The notes beneath the pieces are model-generated. The model had not been told where the DNA came from. It saw nothing but the letters and a program-made list of their open reading frames with translations, and searched no databases. Positions 28,331 to 37,597 of a stretch of DNA of 64,000 nt are shown piece after piece. The DNA lies in NCBI GenBank assembly GCA_016180845.1, contig JACPAK010000001.1:673707-737706 (forward strand), written 5' to 3'. This DNA comes from Deltaproteobacteria bacterium (lineage in GTDB: Bacteria > UBA10199 > JACPAL01). The first letter of the stretch is position 1. Every line of letters starts with the position of its first letter. A program made the translations under genes and the position numbers.

Positions 28331-31300
28331 TTATCGTTTCCAGAAAAGCTTGACTTGTTGGGGGGCAGTACTTCCAGAGGGTTCAAATCGCCATTGTCTG
28401 ATCATACTATAAATTCTCTCCTCCACGATCTGGCGCCCATTGGAGATACCCCCGATTGAGGTCACAATGATTTTACCGATAGTGCCATCAGCATTGACCA
28501 AAAAGGCGACATCGACACGGCTTGGCGTGCCATCTGCCTCATAACTGTTTATTGCCACCCCAAAGGCATCTTTAACTTTTCCAAGGGACTTATCCGTCGC
28601 CTGATACCAATTCGCCCTCTCTTGAGGGTTCTTCACATCATAGGTAGGGGGCGAGGCCCATTCATCAACAACAGGTGCTCGTGGGGCAGCGGCCGCCGCG
28701 GCTGCGGCATTCACGGTCACCGTCGCCAAGACGCGTCCCTTGTAAATTATCTGGATCACGTTAGGACCCTGCTGGTTTGGTTTCGCGACGAATCGATGTT
28801 CTTTCGATGCGGCCCGTGTGAGACCACCGGCGAAATAGCCGGCGTTATTGTCAATCACCCCACCGACCGAGACCTGAGCGGTCAGAACCGCATCATTATT
28901 GGTTCGGATCAGAATTTCAGTCGTTTTCCCGACCTGTCCTTCGACTGTTGTGCCACTGGCTGGTTCAATCAATTTCACGACCTTTGATTCAAGTTCGGGT
29001 AATTTAGTATCAATCGTTGCGACCCGACCCTTTGCCTCCGCATGATCCGGCTGTTCGGCAAGCACGGCGACAAAATGCTCACGTGCCTTGGTCAGGTAAC
29101 CCAACTGGTCTTCGGGTGAGACGTTCATTTGGGCAGCGATCTCATAGTATCGGAATTGGGTCTGGCCATCAGCGAGGTGTTTTTTGGTGGCTGCCGAGAG
29201 TTCTCGAGGGGTTGCAGAATCTTCTGCCGCTGACTCACCTCCAGAAATGACTGCAGCAGCGGCCCTTCGGGCTGCCTCTTCAGCCGCCAGAATTTGGGCT
29301 AAAGCGGCCTCGATTTGTGTAAGTCTCGCCTCAACCGTTTCAGTTGAAGCGTCTTCGACAGAGTGTTTCCTCTTCTCAGCCGGGATTTTTTCGTAGGCTG
29401 CCTTTGCATCCGTCAACCCTCTCTTTTGGATACCAACATCTTGAGCATTTTGTTGAGCAGTTGTGTAGTTGTCCCAACCTGCCTTGCCGCGTCTTAAGTT
29501 TAATCTCTCGTCTGCAGTCAGCTCGATGACCGGTGCAGGCGGGGCGTCTGGTGCATTAAAATCAACCATCGCCTCAGCAGCTGGGGCTTCTGCCCGCAGC
29601 GCATCTAATTTCTTAGTAACTTCTGTCTTCAACTGTCCCGCTTCCGCGTGATCAGCTTGAATTCCCAGGACGGCATTGAGTTTCGCAAGTGCTTCGGTGT
29701 AACGCGCGATCTTGTCATCTTTCTTCGTCCCCCTTCTCTCGGCGGCACTGATCTTGTCTTGTGCCTGTCCCATGAGAGTCCTAATCTGCCGAGCCTTCTC
29801 CCTTGCCTCCGCCTCAGCAGCCGCCTTCGCTGCCGCCTCGGCCCGTGCCTGGGCCTTCGCCTCTTCATCGGCTTTGATCGCCGCCTCTGTCTCTGAGATC
29901 CCGGTTGTTGCCTGTCCCTTCAGTTCAGCGACATTTTCAATATCAGGGAGTGGAGCGAGAAGCCTCTGTGCCTCCTGATATTTTCCAAGCCTGGTCTGAA
30001 GATTCGTTGTTGCTGCCGCTCGACTGAGGAGTCCAAGGGCTCGGTCCCTCTGGGTCGCATCAGCTTTCGAGAGTTTGGGGGGTTCTTCAGCCTGTCTGGC
30101 CGCCGCCTCAGCCTGTGCTCTCGCTTCAGCTTCAGCGCGTGCTTGGGCCTCGGCCTGCGCTCTTGCTTCAGCCTCAGCTTTGGCCCGAGTCTCTCCCTCT
30201 GCCTTTGCCCTCGCTTCAGCCTCGGCCCTGGCAGTAGCCTCTGTGTCAGTGGGAACTGGTGCCGGTGCAGCTTTTACCTCAGGTGCCGGCACTGGAGCTG
30301 GAGCAGGAGGTGGTTCTACTGGGATTGGTGCTGGCACTGGAGCTGGAGCAGGAGGTGGTTCCACTGGGACTGGCGCTGGCATTGGAGCTGGAGCAGGAGG
30401 TGGTTCTACTGGGACTGGCGCTGGCGGCGGTGTCGCTGCCGGTTTCTCTGGGAAGAGTGGCTTGCCGAGCATAATTTCAGAAGTATTTGGGAAGCTAAAT
30501 GTGACTTGGGTGTGTTTCCTTTCGGGGTGTCTCTTCCAGGCGGGAGATTGTGCTTCTTTGGCCGTTTCTGTTTTACCCAATCCTTTTAGTTCAAAGTTCT
30601 CATCGGCTAGGCCTGTGTCATTGAAATCCTTAAAACCAGACTGCAGATCAGCCTGAGCAAGCCTTGTCCTTTCCTTTGAGACCTGTTGGTTCACTTTATC
30701 CGAGCCGAGGATGTCCGTATGGCTCTCGATCGTGATATGCCCTGGCGCCTGTGTGATCTGTCCGTTACCAAGGAGATTGCCAAGCCATCTTAGAAATTGA
30801 TGTGTCTTCTCATCCAGTGCATCCGGTTTTGTTTTGGCATTCGGATGAACGATATCAATGGCAAAAATTCTTTGATCAAAACTGTTATATGTCACAACGA
30901 CCTTCAGTCGCCATTTATGCATCGCTGCCTGAGGAATAAGGTTAACAAACCCCTCCCATTGCTCTCTCTGATCAGCATCTTTAAGGGCCTTTAGTTGAAG
31001 GGCCAGGAGGTTAGCGAGGGCTGTATCGTTTCCATTAGCGATCGCTTCCTTGACCTGTCTGTCGATCTCAGTCTTGGAAAGGGTGACGCTAATCTTGTTT
31101 TTGGAGAGCGATTTTCCTGACGGATCGAGTATTTCAAGTTCAAAGTTTGTGTTCCCAGAAGTGGTATCCTGAAAAACATAGACAATGTCACCAGCAGCCG
31201 ATGGTTCTAATTGGAGGGATTGCATTTGGGTTTTTTTGTTCGGATCTGTCGCATCGACTTGGTAGAGATTCACGGTGAAGCGCTCACCGGCTTGAGACCG

Positions 31301-32068
31301 GACCTTGATCGGGATCTCAAGCCGTTGACCGGTTTCCACGGTGAATGATTCTTTATCACGTGGGGAGATCAGGCGTGATTGAGCCTCGATTTTATAAGTC
31401 GCCAGGACCTCATTGTTTGGTCCTTTGAGAATGACTTCACCGTCTCCGACAAAATCAGGTGTGAAGGAGATCTTGGCCAGATTGTTGGCATCTGTTGACC
31501 GGCCTGCCACGAGTTGTTTTGTGGTCCCTCCCTGTTTCAAATCGACGGAGAAGGTTGCTTTCTTGCTCAGGAGAGCGCTGATCTCGGTCGGGATACCATT
31601 AACCACCAATGTTTTAGGTGAAATCGGGCTCAAGATCCGCACTGGCAGGATCTCGCTTTTGACAAAATCTCCGAGGACATTCTCAAAGGTTTGTCTGCCC
31701 AAGTTTGGTTGAAGGAAATCATTGGCATAACTCCAAAGACCTGGAGTGGAGATAGCGTCGCCTCTTTTGATCAGAGCTTGTGCCGAGCGATCAGCGTCGA
31801 AGGTACCATCTGCCTTGTAATAAAGGTCATGAACCACCGCGATCGAGCCGTTGGCTTCATTGAGGACAGATTGCCCCTGGCGATCGGTGTCATTATCCGC
31901 CTTGACCTTGATCTGGACATGCGTGTCTCCACTGGCGTCTGATTCGATGGAGACCCCCAACTGATGGATATCGACATTTTGTGAGTCCTCTGTCTGGTCC
32001 CAATAGAGATCGATCAGTAATTCTACTAGCTGATCTCTTTGGGCTTCTCTTAAGGGTATATTAGCCAT
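28331..32068 (-). CDS. Giant (1245 aa) Pro/Ala-repeat protein with an internal OmpA-like peptidoglycan-binding motif and a TonB-C-like C-terminal domain. Second gene of the operon.
   Basis: The internal motif ITIESHTDILGSDKVNQQVSKERTRLAQADL resembles the OmpA_C core. The (PAPVPVEPPPAPAPV)x3 spacer is proline-rich like TonB. The C-terminus (VDVAFLVNADGTIGKIIVTSIGGISNGRQIVEERIYSMIRQWRFEP) resembles the TonB C-terminal domain. EAEARAKAEA coiled-coil-like repeats are also present. Confidence 0.65.
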   Translation of the reverse strand: MANIPLREAQRDQLVELLIDLYWDQTEDSQNVDIHQLGVSIESDASGDTHVQIKVKADNDTDRQGQSVLNEANGSIAVVHDLYYKADGTFDADRSAQALIKRGDAISTPGLWSYANDFLQPNLGRQTFENVLGDFVKSEILPVRILSPISPKTLVVNGIPTEISALLSKKATFSVDLKQGGTTKQLVAGRSTDANNLAKISFTPDFVGDGEVILKGPNNEVLATYKIEAQSRLISPRDKESFTVETGQRLEIPIKVRSQAGERFTVNLYQVDATDPNKKTQMQSLQLEPSAAGDIVYVFQDTTSGNTNFELEILDPSGKSLSKNKISVTLSKTEIDRQVKEAIANGNDTALANLLALQLKALKDADQREQWEGFVNLIPQAAMHKWRLKVVVTYNSFDQRIFAIDIVHPNAKTKPDALDEKTHQFLRWLGNLLGNGQITQAPGHITIESHTDILGSDKVNQQVSKERTRLAQADLQSGFKDFNDTGLADENFELKGLGKTETAKEAQSPAWKRHPERKHTQVTFSFPNTSEIMLGKPLFPEKPAATPPPAPVPVEPPPAPAPMPAPVPVEPPPAPAPVPAPIPVEPPPAPAPVPAPEVKAAPAPVPTDTEATARAEAEARAKAEGETRAKAEAEARAQAEAQARAEAEARAQAEAAARQAEEPPKLSKADATQRDRALGLLSRAAATTNLQTRLGKYQEAQRLLAPLPDIENVAELKGQATTGISETEAAIKADEEAKAQARAEAAAKAAAEAEAREKARQIRTLMGQAQDKISAAERRGTKKDDKIARYTEALAKLNAVLGIQADHAEAGQLKTEVTKKLDALRAEAPAAEAMVDFNAPDAPPAPVIELTADERLNLRRGKAGWDNYTTAQQNAQDVGIQKRGLTDAKAAYEKIPAEKRKHSVEDASTETVEARLTQIEAALAQILAAEEAARRAAAAVISGGESAAEDSATPRELSAATKKHLADGQTQFRYYEIAAQMNVSPEDQLGYLTKAREHFVAVLAEQPDHAEAKGRVATIDTKLPELESKVVKLIEPASGTTVEGQVGKTTEILIRTNNDAVLTAQVSVGGVIDNNAGYFAGGLTRAASKEHRFVAKPNQQGPNVIQIIYKGRVLATVTVNAAAAAAAAPRAPVVDEWASPPTYDVKNPQERANWYQATDKSLGKVKDAFGVAINSYEADGTPSRVDVAFLVNADGTIGKIIVTSIGGISNGRQIVEERIYSMIRQWRFEPSGSTAPQQVKLFWKR
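30291..30425. repeat. Three 45-bp tandem repeats encoding (PAPVPVEPPPAPAPV)3
   Basis: Near-identical 45-nt units (ACTGGAGCTGGAGCAGGAGGTGGTTCTACTGGGATTGGTGCTGGC), directly visible. The adjacent 30075..30240 holds degenerate GCCTCAGCC-type repeats encoding the EAEARA tracts. Confidence 0.8.
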
Positions 32069-32071
32069 TAT

Positions 32072-32995
32072 TTATTTTCCCAGAAATCGGACTCGTCTCC
32101 GTCCCTCGTTCTGTTTGTCTCCTCCAAAGACGTAGAGGAGGTTAACGCCACCGCCATTTAAGTAGGCCTTTTGGATATCCCCGTCACCCAAGACAGGGAT
32201 AAAAACCTCGGCGCCTCGGATCCATGGGATTACCGACAAACGTCCGTAGGTCGCACCGATGCTGGCATCGGCAGCCAGGTGCACACCAAAATCGGTCTCA
32301 GCGTCATGGGTCGTTTGTAAATCATCAATCACAATCGGATCTAATTCATCGGCATTTGCAGAATCTTCAGGGGGTGGTGTGGGATTCTGACATCGGGGGT
32401 GGTTTGAGGTACCACTGCAGAGTTGCTGCGGCGCTTCATTTTCAAATTTAACTTCTGCTGTTCCGTTGGTTGCCGATCTGTGGTAGGCGGCAAGTCCTAC
32501 TCTCGCAGTGACATCGGCATGGAGGTGAAACTGACCCTTGCGTGCAAAATTCCTTCGACCCCGAAAGATCATATCAACAATTGTTGCCCAGTCATTTCCA
32601 TTCGGCCCTGTTTCCGAACCCTCGAGATATGTGAGGTCATCGACATCGGTGGTGACCCCTTGACGCATCAGGTCCTCTCGAACAACAGCAGGATTACTGA
32701 GCATAATCGGACGGGCAGTCTCTTCAGCAAGTTCGGATCTCCTGGAGGGGATTTCAGCGGGATTATCTGAAAATTGACGCCAGTAGGCACCAAAACCGAT
32801 ACTTCCCTCCCACCGATCCCTGGATTCTGCAGGGGGAAGATCTCGTGTCTCCAAGGGATACCATTCACCACCGACCTGAGTGGAGTCTTGGTGAGCCTCT
32901 CCTGCCTTCCCAAGAACATCGTCGCCGAAGCGAGCGACGCTTATACCAATCTCATGCTGATCAGTTCTGGCCTTTTTGACGTCGCCTCCTGCCAT
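32072..32995 (-). CDS. Hypothetical protein (307 aa). First gene of the operon. Its stop is 3 nt before the start of the giant gene.
   Basis: An ORF with no signal peptide and no recognisable motifs. It is beta-rich and Gly/Asp-rich. Confidence 0.55.
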   Translation of the reverse strand: MAGGDVKKARTDQHEIGISVARFGDDVLGKAGEAHQDSTQVGGEWYPLETRDLPPAESRDRWEGSIGFGAYWRQFSDNPAEIPSRRSELAEETARPIMLSNPAVVREDLMRQGVTTDVDDLTYLEGSETGPNGNDWATIVDMIFRGRRNFARKGQFHLHADVTARVGLAAYHRSATNGTAEVKFENEAPQQLCSGTSNHPRCQNPTPPPEDSANADELDPIVIDDLQTTHDAETDFGVHLAADASIGATYGRLSVIPWIRGAEVFIPVLGDGDIQKAYLNGGGVNLLYVFGGDKQNEGRRRVRFLGK

Positions 32996-33083
32996 TTAGA
33001 AACCCTCCAAAGTATTAAGAAGACCATTGGTAAAAATAAAAAAACAAAATCACGTCTATAAACATTATCGGTACCTGAGGTTG

Positions 33084-33101
33084 AAAGTTGCTAGCAACTT
33101 T
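33084..33101. promoter_or_regulatory. 18-bp perfect palindrome AAAGTTGCTAGCAACTTT in the divergent intergenic region. Candidate operator.
   Basis: A perfect inverted repeat lying between the start of the 32995 operon and the start of the TSP3 gene at 33126. Confidence 0.5.
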
Positions 33102-33125
33102 TCTTGTCTGGCGCCGAAACCAGTC

Positions 33126-35768
33126 ATGAGGCTTATTGTGAGATATCTCTCTAAAACCCTTTTATTCTTGCTCCTGGCGACAGGGGCAGTCCTTATAACA
33201 GCGTCTGGGGCGGAGGCCTCCTGTGAGGATTTTGAGACCGATGACCAGCTGACCTGTGAGGATCACTGTACCGTTTGGAGAACGGGAATGTGGTACAATG
33301 ACGGGTCCCTTCAGAACCGTTTGGCCCTGATGTCTGGTCGCTATTGTCACTGCTGGATCTGGTTTGCCAATCAGATGGATGGTATCACCCAAGACTCCAC
33401 CTGGACGTTTGCCTCAGGGCGGTGTTCGGACGGATATGGGGTGATCCTGACAGGCGCCAATTTTGAGGATGAGGTTGGAGAGGAGGCAGGTCAGCTCGGG
33501 ATCGAGATCGATGCTAGAAGGGTCACTTTTGGGAACAATTGTGCGTACAAAATGAATTTGGATGACCAGCATGCGATCCAGGATTTAACGATCGTTGTCT
33601 CTCCGGGGAAGAGAAGCAAGGCGCTTTGCGATCTTCAGGGGAGAGATATCTATGTTCGCAACGTAACAACACGACTCTGTTCGAGTGGTAACACCCGTGC
33701 CTGTGAATTTGAGGGGACGACAGTTGTGGAACGTGAGGGGTGTCCTTCAAACTCGAACGATCTGGATGGGGATTGTTGGGAGAATGATCTCGATAATTGC
33801 CCAAGTGTCTATAATTTTGATCAAGCAAATAGTGATGGAGATTTATTGGGGAATGTTTGCGATGGGGCCGGTGGGTCTTTGGCGAATGATGCCGATAATG
33901 ATACCGTTCCGGATGGAGAGGATCTCTGCCCGACGATCCCGGCACGCCCAGGCGAAGAGGATGAGCATCGTTGTGAGATTGCCTATAACTGCAGTGGGTT
34001 TGGTTTTTTTCGTATCTGTATTCCAAGCGGGTGTCAGGTCGCAGTTAACTCAGATGCAGATAGCTATCCCGATCGTTGTGACCCGGATGATGATAATGAC
34101 GGGGTTTGTGATGGGGATGAGGCGGTTAACTATGGGGTAGGGGCCCGATGTGTCGAAGGTGAGGATGGGCGTGACAATTGCCCTCTCGATGCAAACGGAA
34201 GTAACAAGAACGAAGACAATCAGTCTGATGATGATGACGATGGGATGGGGGATGCCTGTGATCCGTTTCCTGAAGATCCCTTGAACGACTGGGATGGAGA
34301 TGGTCGTGGAGCCGATTCTGATAACTGTCCTTTCAATGACAATGACGGTTGGGTCGATGCGGATGGAGATGGTTCCGGGGATGCCTGCGATAGTTTTACC
34401 GATTCAGACCACGATGGGGTGGAGGATTCCGATGACGAGTGTTCTGATACAGACACGGGAACAACTGTTTTAGGAAATGGTTGTCCTGATGCCGATGGGG
34501 ATTCTATCCCGGATAATCGGGATACCTGTGAATCAACTCCAGCGGGGACCCTTGTCGATCTGAATGGCTGTGCTGCCTCTCAGCCCGAAACCGATTCTGA
34601 TGGGGATACAATCCCCGATGGTAGAGATACCTGTCCTGAGACACCAGCGGGCACTTTGGTGACAGCGACGGGGTGTGTTGTCGAAGAGATTGATGCGGAT
34701 GGAGACGATGTCCCTGATTTAATCGATCAATGTCCAGGGACGGTAGACGTTACTGTTGTTGGCTATAATGGCTGTGAAGATACGGATCAGGATTCGGTTC
34801 CGGACAATCTTGATTCTTGCTTGGGGTCTCCTGCCGGAGCGGTGGTCGCTGTGAATGGTTGTACGTTAGAGGGGGATTCCGATGGAGATGGGATTTTAGA
34901 CGGGGCGGATCTTTGCCCTGCGATTCGAAGTACTCAAGTTGATATTGATAATGATAGTGAAGGCGACGAGTGTGATTCAGATGCCGATGGCGATGAACGG
35001 ATCAATGAAGAGGATAATTGTCGACTCATTGCCAATCTCGATCAGGCAGATACCGATCAGGATGGGGTTGGCGATCTCTGTGAAGGCTCAGCATTCACGA
35101 CCGATACCGATGGCGATGGAATTCTCGATATCTTCGATTGTGCCCCAATGAATCGCGAGCTTTTTACCCTCCCGGCCTGTTATGGAGATGCCGATGGGGA
35201 TGGATCACCCGATCCTCAGGAAAGGGAACGGGGGACAGATCCGAAGAAGTCGGATACCGATGGTGATGGAGTTTTGGATCTGATTGATTGTGGTCCTAAT
35301 GATGCCTCGGTAGGCCTCATGGGGACGTGTGGTGGGGAGACGAGGGTGAATGTGGATCCCGACGGGGATGGGAAGGGGCTCGATGACAATTGCCCCTTTG
35401 CAGTGAATGGCGATCAGAATGATACCGATGGCGATGGTATTGGGGATCTCTGCGATCCGACACCGAATGTTTCTTCGACTCAAGATGCCGATGGTGATGG
35501 GTTGATCGATGATGAGGATAATTGCCCCTTGGTTCCAAATCCGAATCAGACCGACAGTAATGGGGACAAGACGGGGGATCGATGCCAGGGGGATCGCGAC
35601 GGGGATGGCATCGGCGATGCTGAGGATATTTGCCCAAGCCACTTCAATATGGATCAGGCTGACGAAGATGGGGATGGTAAGGGGAATCCGTGCGATGAGG
35701 ATTTTAATCCAGCCTTAAGCATTCGTGCCGGTGGTGGGGGGTGCGCGTTGATTCCGTCCCGGGATTAA
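33126..35768 (+). CDS. Giant secreted calcium-binding protein with many thrombospondin type-3-like repeats (DxDxDGxxDxxD)
   Basis: It has a signal peptide (MRLIVRYLSKTLLFLLLATGAVLITASGAEA). There are dozens of Asp-rich Ca-binding loops (DSDGDGILDGADLCP, DTDGDGIGDLCD, DADGDGLIDDEDNCP). The listed ORF 33027 adds an unlikely leader. Confidence 0.8.
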   Translation: MRLIVRYLSKTLLFLLLATGAVLITASGAEASCEDFETDDQLTCEDHCTVWRTGMWYNDGSLQNRLALMSGRYCHCWIWFANQMDGITQDSTWTFASGRCSDGYGVILTGANFEDEVGEEAGQLGIEIDARRVTFGNNCAYKMNLDDQHAIQDLTIVVSPGKRSKALCDLQGRDIYVRNVTTRLCSSGNTRACEFEGTTVVEREGCPSNSNDLDGDCWENDLDNCPSVYNFDQANSDGDLLGNVCDGAGGSLANDADNDTVPDGEDLCPTIPARPGEEDEHRCEIAYNCSGFGFFRICIPSGCQVAVNSDADSYPDRCDPDDDNDGVCDGDEAVNYGVGARCVEGEDGRDNCPLDANGSNKNEDNQSDDDDDGMGDACDPFPEDPLNDWDGDGRGADSDNCPFNDNDGWVDADGDGSGDACDSFTDSDHDGVEDSDDECSDTDTGTTVLGNGCPDADGDSIPDNRDTCESTPAGTLVDLNGCAASQPETDSDGDTIPDGRDTCPETPAGTLVTATGCVVEEIDADGDDVPDLIDQCPGTVDVTVVGYNGCEDTDQDSVPDNLDSCLGSPAGAVVAVNGCTLEGDSDGDGILDGADLCPAIRSTQVDIDNDSEGDECDSDADGDERINEEDNCRLIANLDQADTDQDGVGDLCEGSAFTTDTDGDGILDIFDCAPMNRELFTLPACYGDADGDGSPDPQERERGTDPKKSDTDGDGVLDLIDCGPNDASVGLMGTCGGETRVNVDPDGDGKGLDDNCPFAVNGDQNDTDGDGIGDLCDPTPNVSSTQDADGDGLIDDEDNCPLVPNPNQTDSNGDKTGDRCQGDRDGDGIGDAEDICPSHFNMDQADEDGDGKGNPCDEDFNPALSIRAGGGGCALIPSRD

Positions 35769-35814
35769 CGATTTCCGCTTGTTTCCAGCTTTTTCCAGGA
35801 ATAAATAGGCGATT

Positions 35815-36570
35815 GTGAAGAAAATCCGAAAGGCGGTTATTCCTGCGGCGGGATTGGGGACTCGTTTCCTCCCGATCACAAAGGTCATTCCAAAAGAGCT
35901 TCTCCCTATTGGCACCAAACCGGCGATTCAGTACGTGGTCGAAGAGGCGGTTGAGGCGGGCATTGAGGAAGTGATTATCGTTTCACATCGTTCTAAACCA
36001 GCGATCGAAAATTACTTCAAATTGGATCCATCTTTTTCCCAGATTCAGTTTGTCTACCAGGAAGAACCAAGAGGATTAGGTGATGCGGTTCTCTGTGCCC
36101 AAAGACGAGTGGGGGATGATCCTTTTGTTGTCCTGTTGCCCGATGTCATTATCGCAGAAAAAAAATCGGGGGCAGATCAACTCCTTCAGGCGACCCAAGA
36201 GAAATACACGTGGGGGGTTCTTTTAAGAGAGGTTCCCAAGAGTGAAACAGCGGCCCATGGGATTGTTGGTGTGAAGAAGATCGGAGAGGGGCTTTTTGAG
36301 GTGTCTCAAGCGGTTGAAAAACCACGGCCCGAAACAGCCCCTTCAAATCTGACGATTTTTGGAAGGTATCTTTTTACACCCGAGGTTTTTTCGCTGATTG
36401 AGAGATCCCAGCCAACGGCCCTCGGCGAGATTCAGTTGACCGATGCGATCAATCTCCTAGCGCAAAGGACAGTTGGTCTCGGGGTTGTTTGTCGGGGAGC
36501 CTGTTTTGATGTGGGGATTCCGGAAGGACTTTTGAAGGCGAGTACTTATTTCCTTACATCAAGGAAATAA
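35815..36570 (+). CDS. galU: UTP--glucose-1-phosphate uridylyltransferase
   Basis: MKKIRKAVIPAAGLGTRFLPITKVIPKELLPI is the GalU N-terminal signature. Confidence 0.88.
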   Translation: MKKIRKAVIPAAGLGTRFLPITKVIPKELLPIGTKPAIQYVVEEAVEAGIEEVIIVSHRSKPAIENYFKLDPSFSQIQFVYQEEPRGLGDAVLCAQRRVGDDPFVVLLPDVIIAEKKSGADQLLQATQEKYTWGVLLREVPKSETAAHGIVGVKKIGEGLFEVSQAVEKPRPETAPSNLTIFGRYLFTPEVFSLIERSQPTALGEIQLTDAINLLAQRTVGLGVVCRGACFDVGIPEGLLKASTYFLTSRK

Positions 36571-37594
36571 GCTCTTTGGCGAGGGCAGGGGCCGAGGTCA
36601 GGCCGGGAGATTCGATCCCAAGGAGATGGATCCAGTTTCCTTTTTTCTGGGTGACGAATTCGCCAACTGCCTGATTGTCTCGGTAAAGTTTGGGACGGTT
36701 TCCTGAATAGGCAACATCGATTTTAAAATCCTTTAACTGAGGCAGATAGAAACGAACTGCATTCTCATATGCCTCTGGGGAGGAGTGATGTTTGTAATCT
36801 AATTTCTCTTCGATAAAGAAGGCGTTTGGTCCGAGTAGGGTTTGACCATCTAAGGTTGGAGTCAGATGCACTCCTAACCCATGGGTTCCCCCATAGGGGA
36901 GGTGATAAACCGGTCGAGAGACCGGCTGCTTGTTTAGGAGATAATAATCCCCCCGACAAGGTTTGATTGTATAACCTTCAAGACCCGCCACCTTTGCTAT
37001 CTCGTCAGCAAAAAGCCCTGCTGAATTAACACAAAGATCGAAAGGGATCTCGCCCCCCGAGGTCTCCAGTTTGTTTTCATGAATCTCCTTCACTTGGCAA
37101 TTCAGAATCACCTGCCCCCCTTTTGCTTCGATGAAGTTGGCCATCGCCTTTACATATCCGGCGGCATCGACGATTCCTGTGGAGGGAACAAAAATCGCCT
37201 CGCTAGGACGGAGGGAGGGTTCTTTCTCTTTTAGCTCACTTTTTGAAAATTTTTGAGGTGGAGGCATGGGCAGTTTTCGGATTTTCTCAAAGAAGGGATC
37301 GAGATCGTTTTCCTGTCCTTCTTCAGGAACAACCCATTTGCCGCAGGGTTTGTAATTGACGTGAAGCTTTTCAATCCATTCATAGGTCAAACGATTTCCT
37401 TCAATACAGACTTTCTCTTTGAATGAGCCTGTCTTATAAAAAACACCCGAGTGGATGACACCACTGTTCCGGCCACTGGTGTGCTCTGCGAGGAAGGGTG
37501 CACTATCGAGCACAAAAACGTCATGCCCTTTTTCTTGGAGGAGGTTGGCACTATGAAGACCTACAATGCCAGCACCGATGATAACGACTTGCAT
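36554..37594 (-). CDS. FAD-dependent oxidoreductase (DAO/L-2-hydroxyglutarate oxidase-like)
   Basis: MQVVIIGAGIVGLHSANLL...GHDVFVLD is a Rossmann FAD-binding motif. Confidence 0.7.
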   Translation of the reverse strand: MQVVIIGAGIVGLHSANLLQEKGHDVFVLDSAPFLAEHTSGRNSGVIHSGVFYKTGSFKEKVCIEGNRLTYEWIEKLHVNYKPCGKWVVPEEGQENDLDPFFEKIRKLPMPPPQKFSKSELKEKEPSLRPSEAIFVPSTGIVDAAGYVKAMANFIEAKGGQVILNCQVKEIHENKLETSGGEIPFDLCVNSAGLFADEIAKVAGLEGYTIKPCRGDYYLLNKQPVSRPVYHLPYGGTHGLGVHLTPTLDGQTLLGPNAFFIEEKLDYKHHSSPEAYENAVRFYLPQLKDFKIDVAYSGNRPKLYRDNQAVGEFVTQKKGNWIHLLGIESPGLTSAPALAKELISLM

Positions 37595-37597
37595 GGG

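Noticed and set aside
30241-30440. A possible CRISPR-like or satellite repeat
   Set aside because: The repeats are in-frame coding repeats (PAPVPVEPPPAPAPV) with no spacers. It is not a CRISPR array.
33523-34456. His/Arg-rich and Ser-rich ORFs antisense to, or out of frame with, the TSP3 gene
   Set aside because: They are repeat-driven artefacts of the GAT/GAC-rich coding repeats.
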